Positions 1 to 12,604 of a DNA stretch of 64,000 nt are shown here, piece after piece. The stretch comes from Chrysomallon squamiferum (taxonomy: Eukaryota; Animalia; Mollusca), in NCBI GenBank assembly GCA_012295275.1, contig CM022679.1:3348001-3412000 (forward strand), written 5' to 3'. The notes under the pieces are model-generated. The model did no database searches, was not told the origin of the DNA, and was given only the letters and a program-made list of their open reading frames with translations. The first letter of the stretch is position 1. Each line of letters starts with the position of its first letter. The translations under genes were made by a program, and so were the position numbers.

Positions 1-299
1 GTTCACCGCTGTAGCACACCAAAATTACATCAACACTTTTCTATGGTTGGTGTATACAGACAAAAACGATTCCAAAGATATTTTTAATGATTAATATAGA
101 GTCAAATACAAGATATTAAAGCGATGTGCTTAAGAAAATGTGTCTAAAGTAAATGTCGTGAGCATACCGTGAAATGTTAATAGCTATTAGAAATTAGTTA
201 TAAAATATAGGTGTATATATATATATACACACAAACACATGTTGATGTTACATGAAGAATTATTAATTATGCCTTGTTCGTATGTTTCAGTGTTTTAAA

Positions 300-2039
300 A
301 TGTGCTGGCAAGCTGTATTAGTGTTTTTCTATTTAATGCTGACAAATGTATCAGCTGAAGGTAAAACTGAGAATATTTATTACCAGCAAGCACTAACACA
401 TACGTAGTACATGGATATATACAACAGACATCAGAAATATCTTTAAAGAAAAACTCTTCAAATAATTGTTGTTGATTAGAATCAAAACTTTTTCAATAAT
501 GTTATGTTTTGTTTTCTTTTTTCATATTTTCTAGAATTTTAAAGAATTTTTCTTTGAAGTTTTTACTAAAAACATAATAAATTTTGACGGGGGAGGAGGG
601 TCAATGAAATTTTATGATGAAGATTCAAAGTCGAAGGACACCGAAATAGTATAAGAAGCACTGGTTACAGGTTGCAGAGGATTTTTATTCTTTTTCTTCA
701 GATGATCACAGGATTGTTTGCTATTATTCAAACTGGGCTCAGTTCAGACACGGCAAAGCAAAGTTCGTCCCAGAAAACATAAATCCTTCGTTTTGCACTC
801 ATCTCGTTTACGCATCTGCGTATCTGAATGTCAACCATGAAACGCAGAAAGGTCAGAAAGAGAGAAAGATGAAAGATTTAAAACTGTTTTACTTGTTTAC
901 TATTCACAGAAAAGTGTTAGTAAGCAGCGTCTTTACATGCAGTAAATACTAAAGTAAAGGAATGCGAAAGATGCACTTCATTCGACACGCTAACGAGAAA
1001 TAATAATACTCTAACGTTTTTCTTTTTTAAAATTTAATAATATTAAGTAGAAAACATATTTGCCTGAATTTTTCGTGCAAGGTCATTTCATGGTCATATA
1101 ATCCATAAGTCATATTTAAGGTTAAGGTAAAGATAAAAAGTTAAAGGTCACAAAAATAAAATTATAGAAAAAAAGTAATGATATTTTTGGAATACTTGTT
1201 AAAAAACACCTTGCTAGAAATACCCATTTCAGCAAATTTACAAGACTGAAAGGGCCATATCTCGGAAAACACTTGTTCTATCAAGAATTTTCTTTGAGAT
1301 CGAATTGTTGGTTGTTCTCTTCTTAATTTAACATTTTAAAATTGTTACATATACCACACAACCTGTACAGAGGAGAATGTATTACATGTAAAGAATGAAT
1401 TAATAAATAAATATTGATACTCGTATACACACACACAGACACACACACACACGCAAGTATACATATAAAATGCATTATTGCTATTTCACAAAATAATCGG
1501 ATGGATTTCATTTTTACAGTTGAAATAAAAGCTTCAGAATGGAACGACGAATCTACTGGAGATTTCATGGGAATGTAGGTTACCATAGTTACGTGACATA
1601 CATACTATTTATTTTTGTAGATATTATTTTATTTCAAAATATGATAAAATGTATTATTTGTGCAATTCTTTTGAAATATAATATTAAATTATTTTTGAAC
1701 TTATGTAAAGAGACAGCGATCGACAAAGAATATTTAGAATAAGTTTATTTTGTCGAATGTGAGAGGATCGGGTACATTTTGTCTTTATTCGTTTTTGTCA
1801 GTATTCAACGTGAATTGTAAAGTATATAAGTCGTCTTCGTGAGCCGTATATATGGAATAATGATAATTTAGAATCAAGAACGGAGAAAACATTTGACAAT
1901 AAATTTGAAGAAAAAAGATCTAAAGTTCAAATGGGATTAGAAGTGAAAGAGAAAAACTGTGTAGACTTCTTTAGTAGTTGAATGCTACCGAAAACAATAT
2001 TAATGAAGATGCAGATACTGAGGCATGATAAGCAAACAC

Positions 2040-2115
<76 letters not shown>

Positions 2116-4774
2116 TCACAGACACACACACACAGATATATATACATACATACATATACAAACATGTCTAAATTTAATTAACCTTTTTGTAAATAATGTT
2201 TTACTTGAAGGTATGAAAAATTTCAAAAAATTGGTCATTTATATTCGAATGTCAAAGTGCTTCTCGCTGTTGATGGATGGAACAAACTAACTAACTTTCG
2301 AAGTACTATTTTTTTAACACCGGAGAAACGCAAACAGTTTGCGACAGATGCAGCCGCTTTCTTAAGACAACATAATTTTGATGGTATCGATATGCAGTAC
2401 AAATACGAGGACGAAGATTATTTAGTAGAAGACAAGATTGTATTCGTTAGGACTGTGGAGGTAATTTTTAGCTGGTTTCTTTAATAAGTCTCAGGCATAT
2501 TCTGTATTTTTCGTTCATTATTTTATCTTATATAAAGTTATTTGCTTCATTCACATGAAACAAATTAAGAATTGATTAATTGTTATTTCAAAAATCCTTC
2601 CTGAAATATAATAAATTAGATACTGTTTCCTGTAGACCGTGAAAGACACATTTACTGAAGAAGCTACCAAAATGAACAGATCTAGACTCTTAGTGGTTGT
2701 ATCGACAAATGTCGCTCCAACAGAATTCTTACCCTTGAATGCTGGGCTCCTAATGTGCAGGTAGTGTACAGAAATAATCGAAATCTTTAGATAAGAGCAA
2801 GAAATGTCACATAATATAAAGAAGGTCCCTCAGTGAATAAATAAATCAATATAAGTTCAATTACCTGTAAAGAAATTTTGAGGTTAATAATTATTGTTTG
2901 GCCTTCAGGTCTTTTTTTCTATCAGAATCCAGAAATGGGGGTGAACTAATTTTTAATCTGTCAAAACGATCTAATATGAAATAAAATTTTGACACGTGCA
3001 TGCTTCAGTAATATGTACGAAAAACAAACAAATCGTATGAATAAAACAACCTTTTATTTTCAGAGGCTGTTATTTTAAAGAATTTTATACATTTCAGACA
3101 TATTGATTTCTTGAACCTCATGGTGTATAGATTCCATGGTCCATGGGATAACTTTACAGGACACTTCAGTCCTCTTTTTCAGAGGATTAGTTATCTGAGA
3201 AACAATGTTGTGAGTCCATGTATTCAATATAAGAAAGAACAACTATACTGTTGTATTATTAATATTCATTCATGAGAAAAGCAACAAAAGTCTGCTGGTC
3301 ATTTTAGCTTATTAGTTCCAATTTGATATATAATTTTTCTGTTGTTGTTGTGTTCTTGTTTGTGTTTATTTTTTTAGTGTTTTTGTTTTCTTAAATAATA
3401 AAGCTAACGATACATTTTTCTTTCCTTTTATTTCCTTGTTCTTCTTCTTTTTTTTTTTCTTTCTTCTTTTTTTTAAATCGATTTTCTTCCTGTTTCTTCT
3501 TATTCTTCTTTTATTATTTCATCTTTTCGCAGAATAGTGCAATGAAATCCTGGAAATCTCTTTCATGTCCTAAAGAAAAGCTAAATCTGGGAATAGCACT
3601 GTTTGGTCGATCATATAATCTCACATCAAACAAAGATGGTATAAATGCGCCTGCTACTCCAGGAAGACGTGGTTTGTACACTCAAACTGAAGGATTTCTG
3701 GCACATTACGAGGTCAGATATACACAAGTTTGTCTGTATGTGTACATAAAATGATAAATGTAATTTTTTTATAAATTTAGTTTCATGACGACATTCACCT
3801 TATTTTCTAAACCTTTATTACGTATTCATTATGTTTAATAAAAAAATGTATTTTATAAAGATAATATAAATTAAAAACTAATAAAAGGAACCTTAATAAC
3901 GAATTTTGCTTGATTATTACTTTATTTCATATACTTTAATATCTTATTTTCTTTTTCTCTGAGAGATATATTATTAAGATTTATTTGATTAAACTTTTGT
4001 ATCCCATTTTTTTTCAATAAAGACATTTTTTACATATATGTATTAAATTATTTAGATATGTAAAATGAAGACTAACTATACTAAGGAGATATACATAAAA
4101 GATGAAAGGGTTTTTTATATGGTTCATGGAAATCAATGGGTTGCATACGAAAATGATAGAAGTATTAGAATTAAGGTAGGTTTTTGCATAAAAAAACACT
4201 CTTAAACATACTTTCGAGGCTCGTATGCGGTATCTGAAATATTTGAAGTTTATATATATATATATATCTGCCTAGTTACACACATAGATTCATACATAAA
4301 TACAGACATACATACATAATATACATACATATCATACGTTCGAGTCTCGTCAGCGGCATCTGACGGGTTTGTGAGGTCGTGATTGGACTTTGTCCTCCTG
4401 CGCCAATGCATTCCTGGATATTGTCTACGTGCAGAGTCTGATCAGACGAACACACGACTGAGAATATTCAAAATCCTAAACTACATACATACATATATAA
4501 ATACGTACAAAAATACATGTATTATGTATGTATGTATGTATGTATGTATGTATGTATGTATATACACACACATAACTTACAGGTATGCTACACAAAAGAA
4601 GGCCGGTTTGGAGGAGTTATGATCTGGGCTGTAGATCTCGATGACTTTAACGGAGAATTTTGTGGAAAAGGAAAATGGCCGATGTTAAAGGCTGTTAAAG
4701 ATCAGATGGAAGGAAAACCTCCATGTGAACCAATGACTAAGTATGTGTTTAGTTCATTAAAGATGTTGTCATGA
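300..4774 (+). CDS. GH18 chitinase-like protein (chi-lectin) paralog 1, secreted, ~414 aa, no chitin-binding domain
   Basis: Hand-spliced GT-AG exons 300-360 ([20 protein letters not shown], signal peptide), 702-851 ([13 protein letters not shown]...CTHLVYA), 1520-1574, 2211-2460 (LLAVDGW...FDGIDMQYK), 2636-2760, 3098-3209 (MVYRFHGPW), 3533-3712 ([11 protein letters not shown]), 4056-4175 (NQWVAYEN), 4583-4774 ([13 protein letters not shown]). Phases are compatible and the total is 1245 nt. The 3' end is uncertain: read-through to TGA at 4772-4774 versus a donor after 4740. Confidence 0.85.
2044..2100. repeat. (CT)n microsatellite
   Basis: Perfect CT dinucleotide run in intron 3 of paralog 1; source of the spurious ERERER and SLSLSL ORFs. 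Confidence 0.95.
4338..4460 (+). mobile_element. possible tRNA-derived SINE fragment in intron 8 of paralog 1
   Basis: GC-richer island starting with B-box-like GTTCGAGTC, flanked by (TACA)n simple repeats and absent from the paralogous introns. Confidence 0.3.
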
Positions 4775-5541
4775 TGTCTGTGATATTCTGGAACACCTTT
4801 CTGAATATATTCTTCTATTGTCATAGTACGTAATACATGAAAAAGCTTTATTTGGTTCACAAGAAATGAACTGAAGTAAATATTTTGTGATTAATTTATT
4901 TTTGGAGAGTAATACTTTTAATATTCCTTCGTGCAGGATTACTAGAAAGATTATTCATTAAAGTCTTACGTAACATTTTGGCTAATAAAACACTCTAACT
5001 ATTTTCAAAAATCAGTTAAATGGAAGGAAATAAAAATAGCATTACTTCAAACGAATTAATTTTTTTAACAAAAATAATGAATTAAATATAATTATCATAA
5101 TACTAATTAAGATACTGTTTTCGTTGTAGAACAGAAATCTTGTAGGAGTGGTTGAAGAGAAATCTGTAGCGGGTTTCCTCTCTGATTATCTGTGTGGTCA
5201 TTACCAACATCTCTGACTCCACGTAACTTTAAGTAAACATTATTGATTAATAATGACGGCAATAAACTTCATTATATCATATTTAATAAAATAATCTTCG
5301 TTTGGTTTGAAAATAATCCACTCTTGCTCTTAAAGCCAATTCAGTAATATTTAGTCGGATTTAGACTTACTGAAGGCAATAATGCTAAAAAGGTCAATGT
5401 ACAATTACAATATCGCAAATAAGAGAAGTTTTCGTGTCATTTGATGTGTCATATACAGATAGTATCTTTGTAACGTGCTTGTTCTCTAAGCCAAGAACAT
5501 GGCGTAACAAAAGTTAATAATAATAACTGAAAAAAAAAAAC

Positions 5542-5572
<31 letters not shown>

Positions 5573-6765
5573 TAAAGTGATACAAACAAAACACACAAAT
5601 GATATGACACTATGAGAAAATGTTACTTTTTCTTAACAACCATATACAATTAAGATAAAACTTGTAATTCAACTGTCGCAGTTTGACACTGGATGAAAGT
5701 GTAGAGGAATCGAGTTGTGTGGATACCGCGGGGACAAAAGTAAAATATGGAGGTAATCGAATATCGTTTCATATATTATGTATGAATCGATTAGAACAAA
5801 TAAGAAATACCGTTTGAAAATGAAATAAACGTACTTCTATATATTAATGCTTTTTATGAACTAACACATTTTTATCACAGTAATTACTTAACAATAAACA
5901 AATTAATTATACTGGTCAGTCAGACTAAAACACTAACCATTCACTGCTACAAAGTTACTAATAATAAAACTGCTACTACCGCCAGCTCCTGGTCTTGCTT
6001 TCCGAATTAATGGGTTTTTTAAATTGTTCAATGATACCACTGCGGATTACAAACATGAATAGAATTATTAAATAGAATGGATGTATACTAGTAAACGTAA
6101 TTATTTACAGATTAACAGATAACAAATCTTTCACAGTGCATTTGCCTAATTAAGAAAGTGTGTCAGTAATATATGTCGTGCATTGGTGAAGTGACCTAGC
6201 TAGCTGTATGTGTTTTCTTCTACGATCGAAAGGGCCAAATGTTTCATCTAATCGATCTCCTTATCTAACGAGAAAATTCATTACAAGTCATATCTACTGA
6301 TAATCATAAGACAGCAGTTCTTTTGATGCTCTGGTTTCATTCTCACTACAATGGTATTGCACTGAGTTCAACTATCTTTTTATAAATTTTATTTAATTGA
6401 ACGGAATATAAACTATCGAGATATGTAGACCTTTTTTTTTTTTTTTTTTTTAAATATTAAAATTATTAAAATATTAAAATTATTTAAAACAAAATCTAAT
6501 TTGGAACTAAAACATATATCGTTAGAAACGAAATATCGATTGGGACGTATCGACATCACAGAAAAAAAATTAAAAAAATAAAAAATAAAATAAAATAAAA
6601 AGATGATAATTATAAACGTTTGGATCGGGACCGGCAACTTTATCGTTATAAACAGAGAATCGATTTAAGCCAGTTCGACTCAGTACATTTCAAATTTAAA
6701 TTAGCTTAGTTCTTTTTCTTTCTCTGTTGTTCTTATTCTTCTTTTATTGTTTCATCTTCTGGCAG

Positions 6766-6877
6766 AATAGTGCAGTGAAATCCTGAGTATACCTTTCATA
6801 TCCCACAGAAAAACAAGATCTGTGTTTAGCACTGTATGACCAATCGTTTACTCTCACAACAAAAAAGGATGGCATAA
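6766..6877 (+). pseudogene. orphan decayed copy of chi-lectin exon 7
   Basis: After a polypyrimidine/CAG acceptor it reads NSAVKS*VYLSYPTEKQDLCLALYDQSFTLTTKKDGI, homologous to 3533-3640, with an in-frame TGA; truncated by (TAA)n. Confidence 0.8.
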
Positions 6878-8836
6878 TAATAATAATAATAATAATAATA
6901 ATTATAATAATAATAATAACTGCCTACCAACCTACCTATGAAAATGCATATGTATATATATATATATATATATAGGACGGAAGACCGTCAAAATGAGAAG
7001 AAAAATAAAACATAAAATCTTCAGATGGTGTCAAACTGGTCACTATTCAAACCGTGTTTTATTTTCTACGAATATAACACTAAATGTTATTGATAATATA
7101 CGTCGTATTATGTTGTCTGTAGAAATTTGAATATTTCTAATAACTTTTGTGTAATCCAAGTAGGATGTAATAATTATGGAATCAAACAAGGTAAACGACA
7201 TTTTCTGGCTTTGAAAACTGAATGACCCCATTATGTTGACATATAATTACGTCATAAAACAACACATGCAATATAATAATTGGAAATGAAAGTAATATTT
7301 TGTAAAAATTCACCAAACTTATCCCACCTATTTCTGTGAAAAAATCAAAAACAAAAACAAAATAAACCAACAAAAAAACAAAACAAAAAAACAACAACAA
7401 AATAGAGCGACGCGCATAACGAATAATTTATCAGTTATTTATTTATTTTGTTTTCGCAGGTGTTTACTTGCCTGGCATGTTTGTTTATAATTTTTTTTGT
7501 TTTGCTGTGATATTTCGCGACATGAATACCATTCTGATTGTTTATTCCAGGTACATGGTCAGCAGTTTAATTATTATAATATTTTGCTTATAGCAGACAA
7601 AAATAATAATTATTATATACAATTTAATACAAAACATTATTGCCATGTTCTGATTCTCTGATTCCCCTTCATGAATGATAATTATTCAGTGCAGGAAATA
7701 ATGAAAGAAGAATATTTTGAATATCATTTATACCAAATTTATAAATAAAATGTCCTCGTTACAACCTTTAGCTTTTTAATTATTAAATTTATTAAAGTGA
7801 TTCAAATTGTTTCATCGACGTTTTTTCCTTTGAACTGAGCTAAACGTTTTAATATTAAAAATATGAAATCAACAAATTTATATTTAATACAAATTTATCC
7901 ACTACCAAAAATGTTTGGCTACAAAAATGTCAGCAGTGTTTTGAAGTACAGTAAATCAGCACTTTTGTCAACTGTAACAGTAGAAAGAAATACGTATTAA
8001 TATTATATATTCTAGTTCTGAGAAATAATAACTGTTATTCAGTATTTTAAGAAAAAAATAGCTTAATTAATTCTTCTATCATATACGTCTGATATATATA
8101 TAATATCTTTCACAATATCTTTAAATATAATTAACTAAAGCCATAACAATAACCTTTTTCTTTGATGTCGAAGGTGGAACCTCCAAAGCACTTTGGAATC
8201 TTGACATAATATATATATTTTTTTAAATATGCTCCTCAGATAAATATCGTTAGGGGAATATTAAATTAAAGAATATATACTTTTAGTCTAATGTACATTT
8301 TTTCAACAGATTACCCAAATTACTTTCAGGAAAAACACTGTGTCTCGGTTTTTTGACTAATCCATACCTAACATTGATACATGATTCATGATCTTATATT
8401 TTTTAAAGCATTTCCTCTTCCGTAGTCATCGCTTGAAATCGTTTTATCTAATTAATATTACTATTTGGTGTTATCACCGATGCTAAAATCAATGTTAGAA
8501 TGGTATCGACAGTAAATCTATAATAATAATTTTTTTTTTGTGTTGTGTGAAGAGTTATATCGGTCAAAAATGTATTGCTTTAATCTTGTTTCACTTATGT
8601 AGAAATAAATGTATAAAAATTAATAATAATGAAAAGCCATGGAAGAACTTTTGTGTGAAGTTACTTAAAGATTAAAGACAAAATCGAATTTAATCAGTGA
8701 AATGTAAAATAATAATTAATTATAGAAGAATTAAGGGATAAATATGGTTTTGTGTCATCATTTAAATAGTCTAAATTATATATCTGCTGGGTCATTCAAC
8801 AGGCCCGCTACACTTTTAAGTTTTAATTAAATGAAA

Positions 8837-9051
8837 ACGGCGTAGACTTTGCTTTTCAGGAAGCCCCACAGAAGGAAGTCACGTGGTGTCAACTCTGGAA
8901 AACGTGGCGATCACTTCAGATGCCCTCCACCACCTTCCCACCTATCAGGGAACTTGTGATTCAAGAAATCGCAAACTGCTCAAGCATAATGTGGTGTTTT
9001 TTCCAACAAGATGGTACACATTATGCAAAAGCAGTTCGCGATTTCTTTAAT
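8837..9051 (-). mobile_element. Tc1/mariner-family transposase remnant (catalytic-domain C-terminal part)
   Basis: Minus strand reads HYA*AVCDFLNHKFPDRWEGGGGHLK*SPRFPELTPRDFLLWGFLKSKVY, matching the WPPRSPDLTPxDFFLWGYLKSKVY motif. An adjacent plus-strand piece reads FFQQDG-HYAKAVRDFFN. Confidence 0.75.
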
Positions 9052-10238
9052 TTAAACACAGCTGTTATTTTCATAACCAATATTTCTAAGAACAGTTGAT
9101 TTCATCATTAGCTGTCGAGGTTTTCTAAACAATAAAGTGGTACATGATACTGTCGTGTTATCATTTGTATTGTTCTTTCATTTAACAAGTTAACAATGAG
9201 TTTGTCTTAACTGTGAATCTACTGTAATATTTTGTAGCATTTGCAGGAGACTATTATAGATTTTAAGAACAAATGTAGTCTAGGTTGTTTAATAGGGTTT
9301 TCTTCTCAAATTTTACTGTCGAAGATTAAGATACAATTCTCTAAATGTCCCTATCAAAATCATCGTATATTACATATTTATCGTTTCTGAATTGTTCATT
9401 ATAATCATAAATACGTTTGCGTTGTTTGGATTAGGACCATATATATTTTTACTGCCAGGATATAAAAATATGATTCACTTGAAGGAAACTGCATTGGTAA
9501 TTTCAAAATTTTCCAAAAAGATTATTTAGAAATTCACGCCGTCTATTGTTGTGGTATGTGAAATAAACTTCAGCGCTGAAGAAAGAACAAACACGTCAAC
9601 TCCGAATCATTTTACTTAACAAAACATTCGTGTATATGATAACCGAAATCAAAATGTCCAATAACTTAAAATCTGGAATAGCAACTTAAAACCTGCGGTT
9701 ACGTATACAGTATACTAGAATTTGACGTAACCGAGTGTGAAAATTGAAAAAACATATTTAACATTGGCATCCTATCTGTTTATCCGATCACAAATTAGCT
9801 ATGGCGAAGACAGCTTAACGTTCTGAATTCAGCTATCCAAAGGACAGCATAAATTATTACTATTATATATTTGTGAAACATGGATTTTTTGAATTAATAA
9901 TACTACACGGTTTTAACATACGTATTGTTTTTTAATACATATTACAAAAATAATAATAATACAAGAAAATAAATTGAAGTAAATAATTGTTTCTTTTCTT
10001 TTGGTATATATTTGAAATCGTATCAACAATATTAGTATTCTGTTTTAATTTTTGTGGCACAAATACATGTCAGAACTGGAATATATTCATGAAATGCAAA
10101 TTGTAGTTACAGACGATGTATAATATTGGTATACAGTGTATACGAGCATATTACTTTAAATTTCAGCATAATAATTCATTTATTATTTCTGTATTAAACA
10201 TTGATTTACATGATCACATATTATTTATATATTTTCAG

Positions 10239-12470
10239 TGTTTCAAAATCGCTTGTTAGTAGTATCTGTGTTTGACTGTCTAGCACTAAGTGTATTAGAC
10301 AAAGGTAAGAGTATTACATTATTCTTTCCAGCACTACCACACAATAGTTTTGCACCTATCTATGTGCATACCTCTTTAACTACTTACATCCCCACATATA
10401 GATACACATACACCGATGTATACGGTTATAATACAAATACATATTCGTTAATATACATACGTACGTACGTACATACATATTTAAGTCTTTAGTGCTATAA
10501 AATGTTATGTAATGAAAAAAGAAAGCTGAACCAACTAATTAGAATTAGTGTTTTAATTAGTTAGTGTAGACAATTTTATTTGGTACTATTGCATAATTAT
10601 TCCGTTAAGGTAAAAAAATCCACAACAATTTTCACATTTAGCGTTATTATCTTCTATCTGAGTAAAATTTTACATTCACTGAAATTAAATTATTTTAAGA
10701 TATATTAGTTCTGAATACTTACACATCATAACAGTAATATTCAGTGCCAAGATAAATAGTTATTATATCATTGTTCTGGTTCTTTCTTTGAAGTGTTTTA
10801 TTATAAAATGTAAAACTACAATATCCTAATATTATAACAGCTTTCTGAATTAACTTTATAAAATAAATTAAAATCAAAACATTTAGCAAAATGTTATTTC
10901 TTCTGTCTTTACTTCTCGTATAGAGCAGTGCTTCTTAAATTGGTGAATCACTTACCCAAAGAATAATGAAATTATTTTCTCATGAAGGAATCTAGAAAAA
11001 AAAAAATCCCCCCCAAACCAACATAGAAGCTGCAGTGATAATTTTCTCAGATTTTTATTCTTTTTCTTCAGATGATTACAGGATTGTTTGCTATTACACA
11101 AACTGGTCACGGAGAAGCCAAGTTTGTTCCAGAAAACATAGATCCTTCGCTCTGCACTCATGTCATTTTTGCTTTTACTGGTGTGAACATCATGCCTGGA
11201 TCTAGGAAAGGTCAGAAACAAAGAAAAAAGAAAACTTTTCAAACTATTTTACGTATTTTGTATTTATAGGAAAAGGTTACTATGCTGTGTTTTTACATAC
11301 AGTAAATATTAAAGCGGAAAGTGGATTTCTGAAAGAATATACTGATTTCGTATCACTGTCCTATCACATAATTATCGTTCACTATAAAGAAATGAGATAC
11401 TAGGAATCAAGGTTGTGAGCAGATCATGTTTCCATTGTAGAAATGTTTTTAAATCCTTTTATATATATATATATATATATATTTCAAAATCTGTCACGGA
11501 GATAAAGATAAAACCATACTTTACTTTAAAAATTACGTTTTCCTGGAAGATAAAGTTTTTGTTCTTTCACTCGTTTTCTTGGTCTGTGGGAGATCAATAA
11601 AAGCACGATGGAGCAACTTCGAGCACTGATAAACATAAGAATGCTATCTATTTTTGTTTATAAATATGCAACAATTCAGTGATAAGAAACAAAACACTAT
11701 TTTTGTAACGTCTCTTTCTGGATGACTGCCTGTAGTCTTGACAAATCCTCCTGAACTGCTAACATTCACATAGTAAATACACTTGTTCCATTTATAAAGA
11801 AAGCTATACGAAACGAAGTACCTACTAAAAGTTACTAATCCTAACTATCAATTTAAGAGAGTGGAGGTAGATATGCAGTACTTTGGATATCATTTGTTCA
11901 TGTTTCTTGTTTTTGCATTGACTAAAGAATGTTTATGAATGTGGAGCATGGACATTTAATTTCCCAGAGAAGAAAGGATGTAGCACTCTCTTTTAAGTGG
12001 TTCTTTCAGAAATGCACTTGACACCATGTTCGTAAACTTTCCAAGAATGGGTTCTTGGTGATGGAAACTCCTTGATGTTACCTGTTATTAACAATACAAA
12101 AAAAACACGTGTTCTGATGGAAGGGAAACACCTGTGTGAACTAATTAGGTTAAACAAAATAATGATGCCTGTTATATTCTGGAACACTTTTCTCAATACA
12201 GTCTTCTATTGTTATATTACTTTCACATGTGAGACAGATAAATTAATTTTAATGTGAACTTGGATTTCTTTATTCGTTTATGTGGTTTTTTTTTCAGTTG
12301 TTGGTATGACGTTCTGTAATGATAAGTCTGACGGCAGTTATATTAACCCTTCTGTCGAGAACAGTTTCTATGAATGCACAGACGGAAAGACGTTGGTGTG
12401 GACATGCAGTGGCGATTTCGTTTACAATAAGGAAAGCAAGAAGTGCTCCTTTAGAGTAGAAAATAAATGA
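10239..12470 (+). pseudogene. chi-lectin pseudogene retaining an intact CBM14 exon
   Basis: Signal exon 10239-10304 lacks ATG (aaaatcgc). Exon 2 at 11072-11210 is 139 nt versus 150 nt in paralogs (11-nt frameshifting deletion). Exons 3-8 are missing, an exon 9 remnant lies at ~12117-12150, and the last exon 12298-12470 is open (FCNDKSDGSYINPSVENSFYECTDGKTLVWTCSGDFVYNKESKKC). Confidence 0.8.
12298..12470 (+). other. CBM14 (chitin-binding type 2/peritrophin-A-like) terminal exon, 4 Cys
   Basis: Phase-1 acceptor tttcag at 12296-12297; C-x15-C-x9-C-x12-C spacing with FYEC and DG.Y motifs; stop TGA at 12468-12470. Confidence 0.8.
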
Positions 12471-12573
12471 ACAGTTAAAAAAAATGTTATCCTTGAAAAA
12501 TCAACCTTCTTAATTATTTTATTGAGCAACAATTCAAAACAAGACGCAATAAACATTTGTTGTTAATGAAAAG

Positions 12574-12604
<31 letters not shown>

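Noticed and set aside
1927-2290. ORFs with ERERER / SLSLSL / THTH runs
   Set aside because: Microsatellite artefacts; the real exon starts at 2211 in another frame.
5165-5230. Resemblance to a gastropod SINE tail (also at 25715-25775) as a taxonomic marker
   Set aside because: The match is short, degraded and from memory only; it cannot be supported without a repeat-library search.
6784-6786. In-frame TGA in the orphan exon 7 as possible selenocysteine
   Set aside because: It replaces a Trp codon in a truncated, decayed fragment, and no SECIS is nearby.
7460-7550. Exon-like segment (cgcag...ccag|gtacat) as a downstream exon of paralog 1
   Set aside because: In the phase required by exon 9 it stops after 10 codons, and it has no homology to paralog exons.
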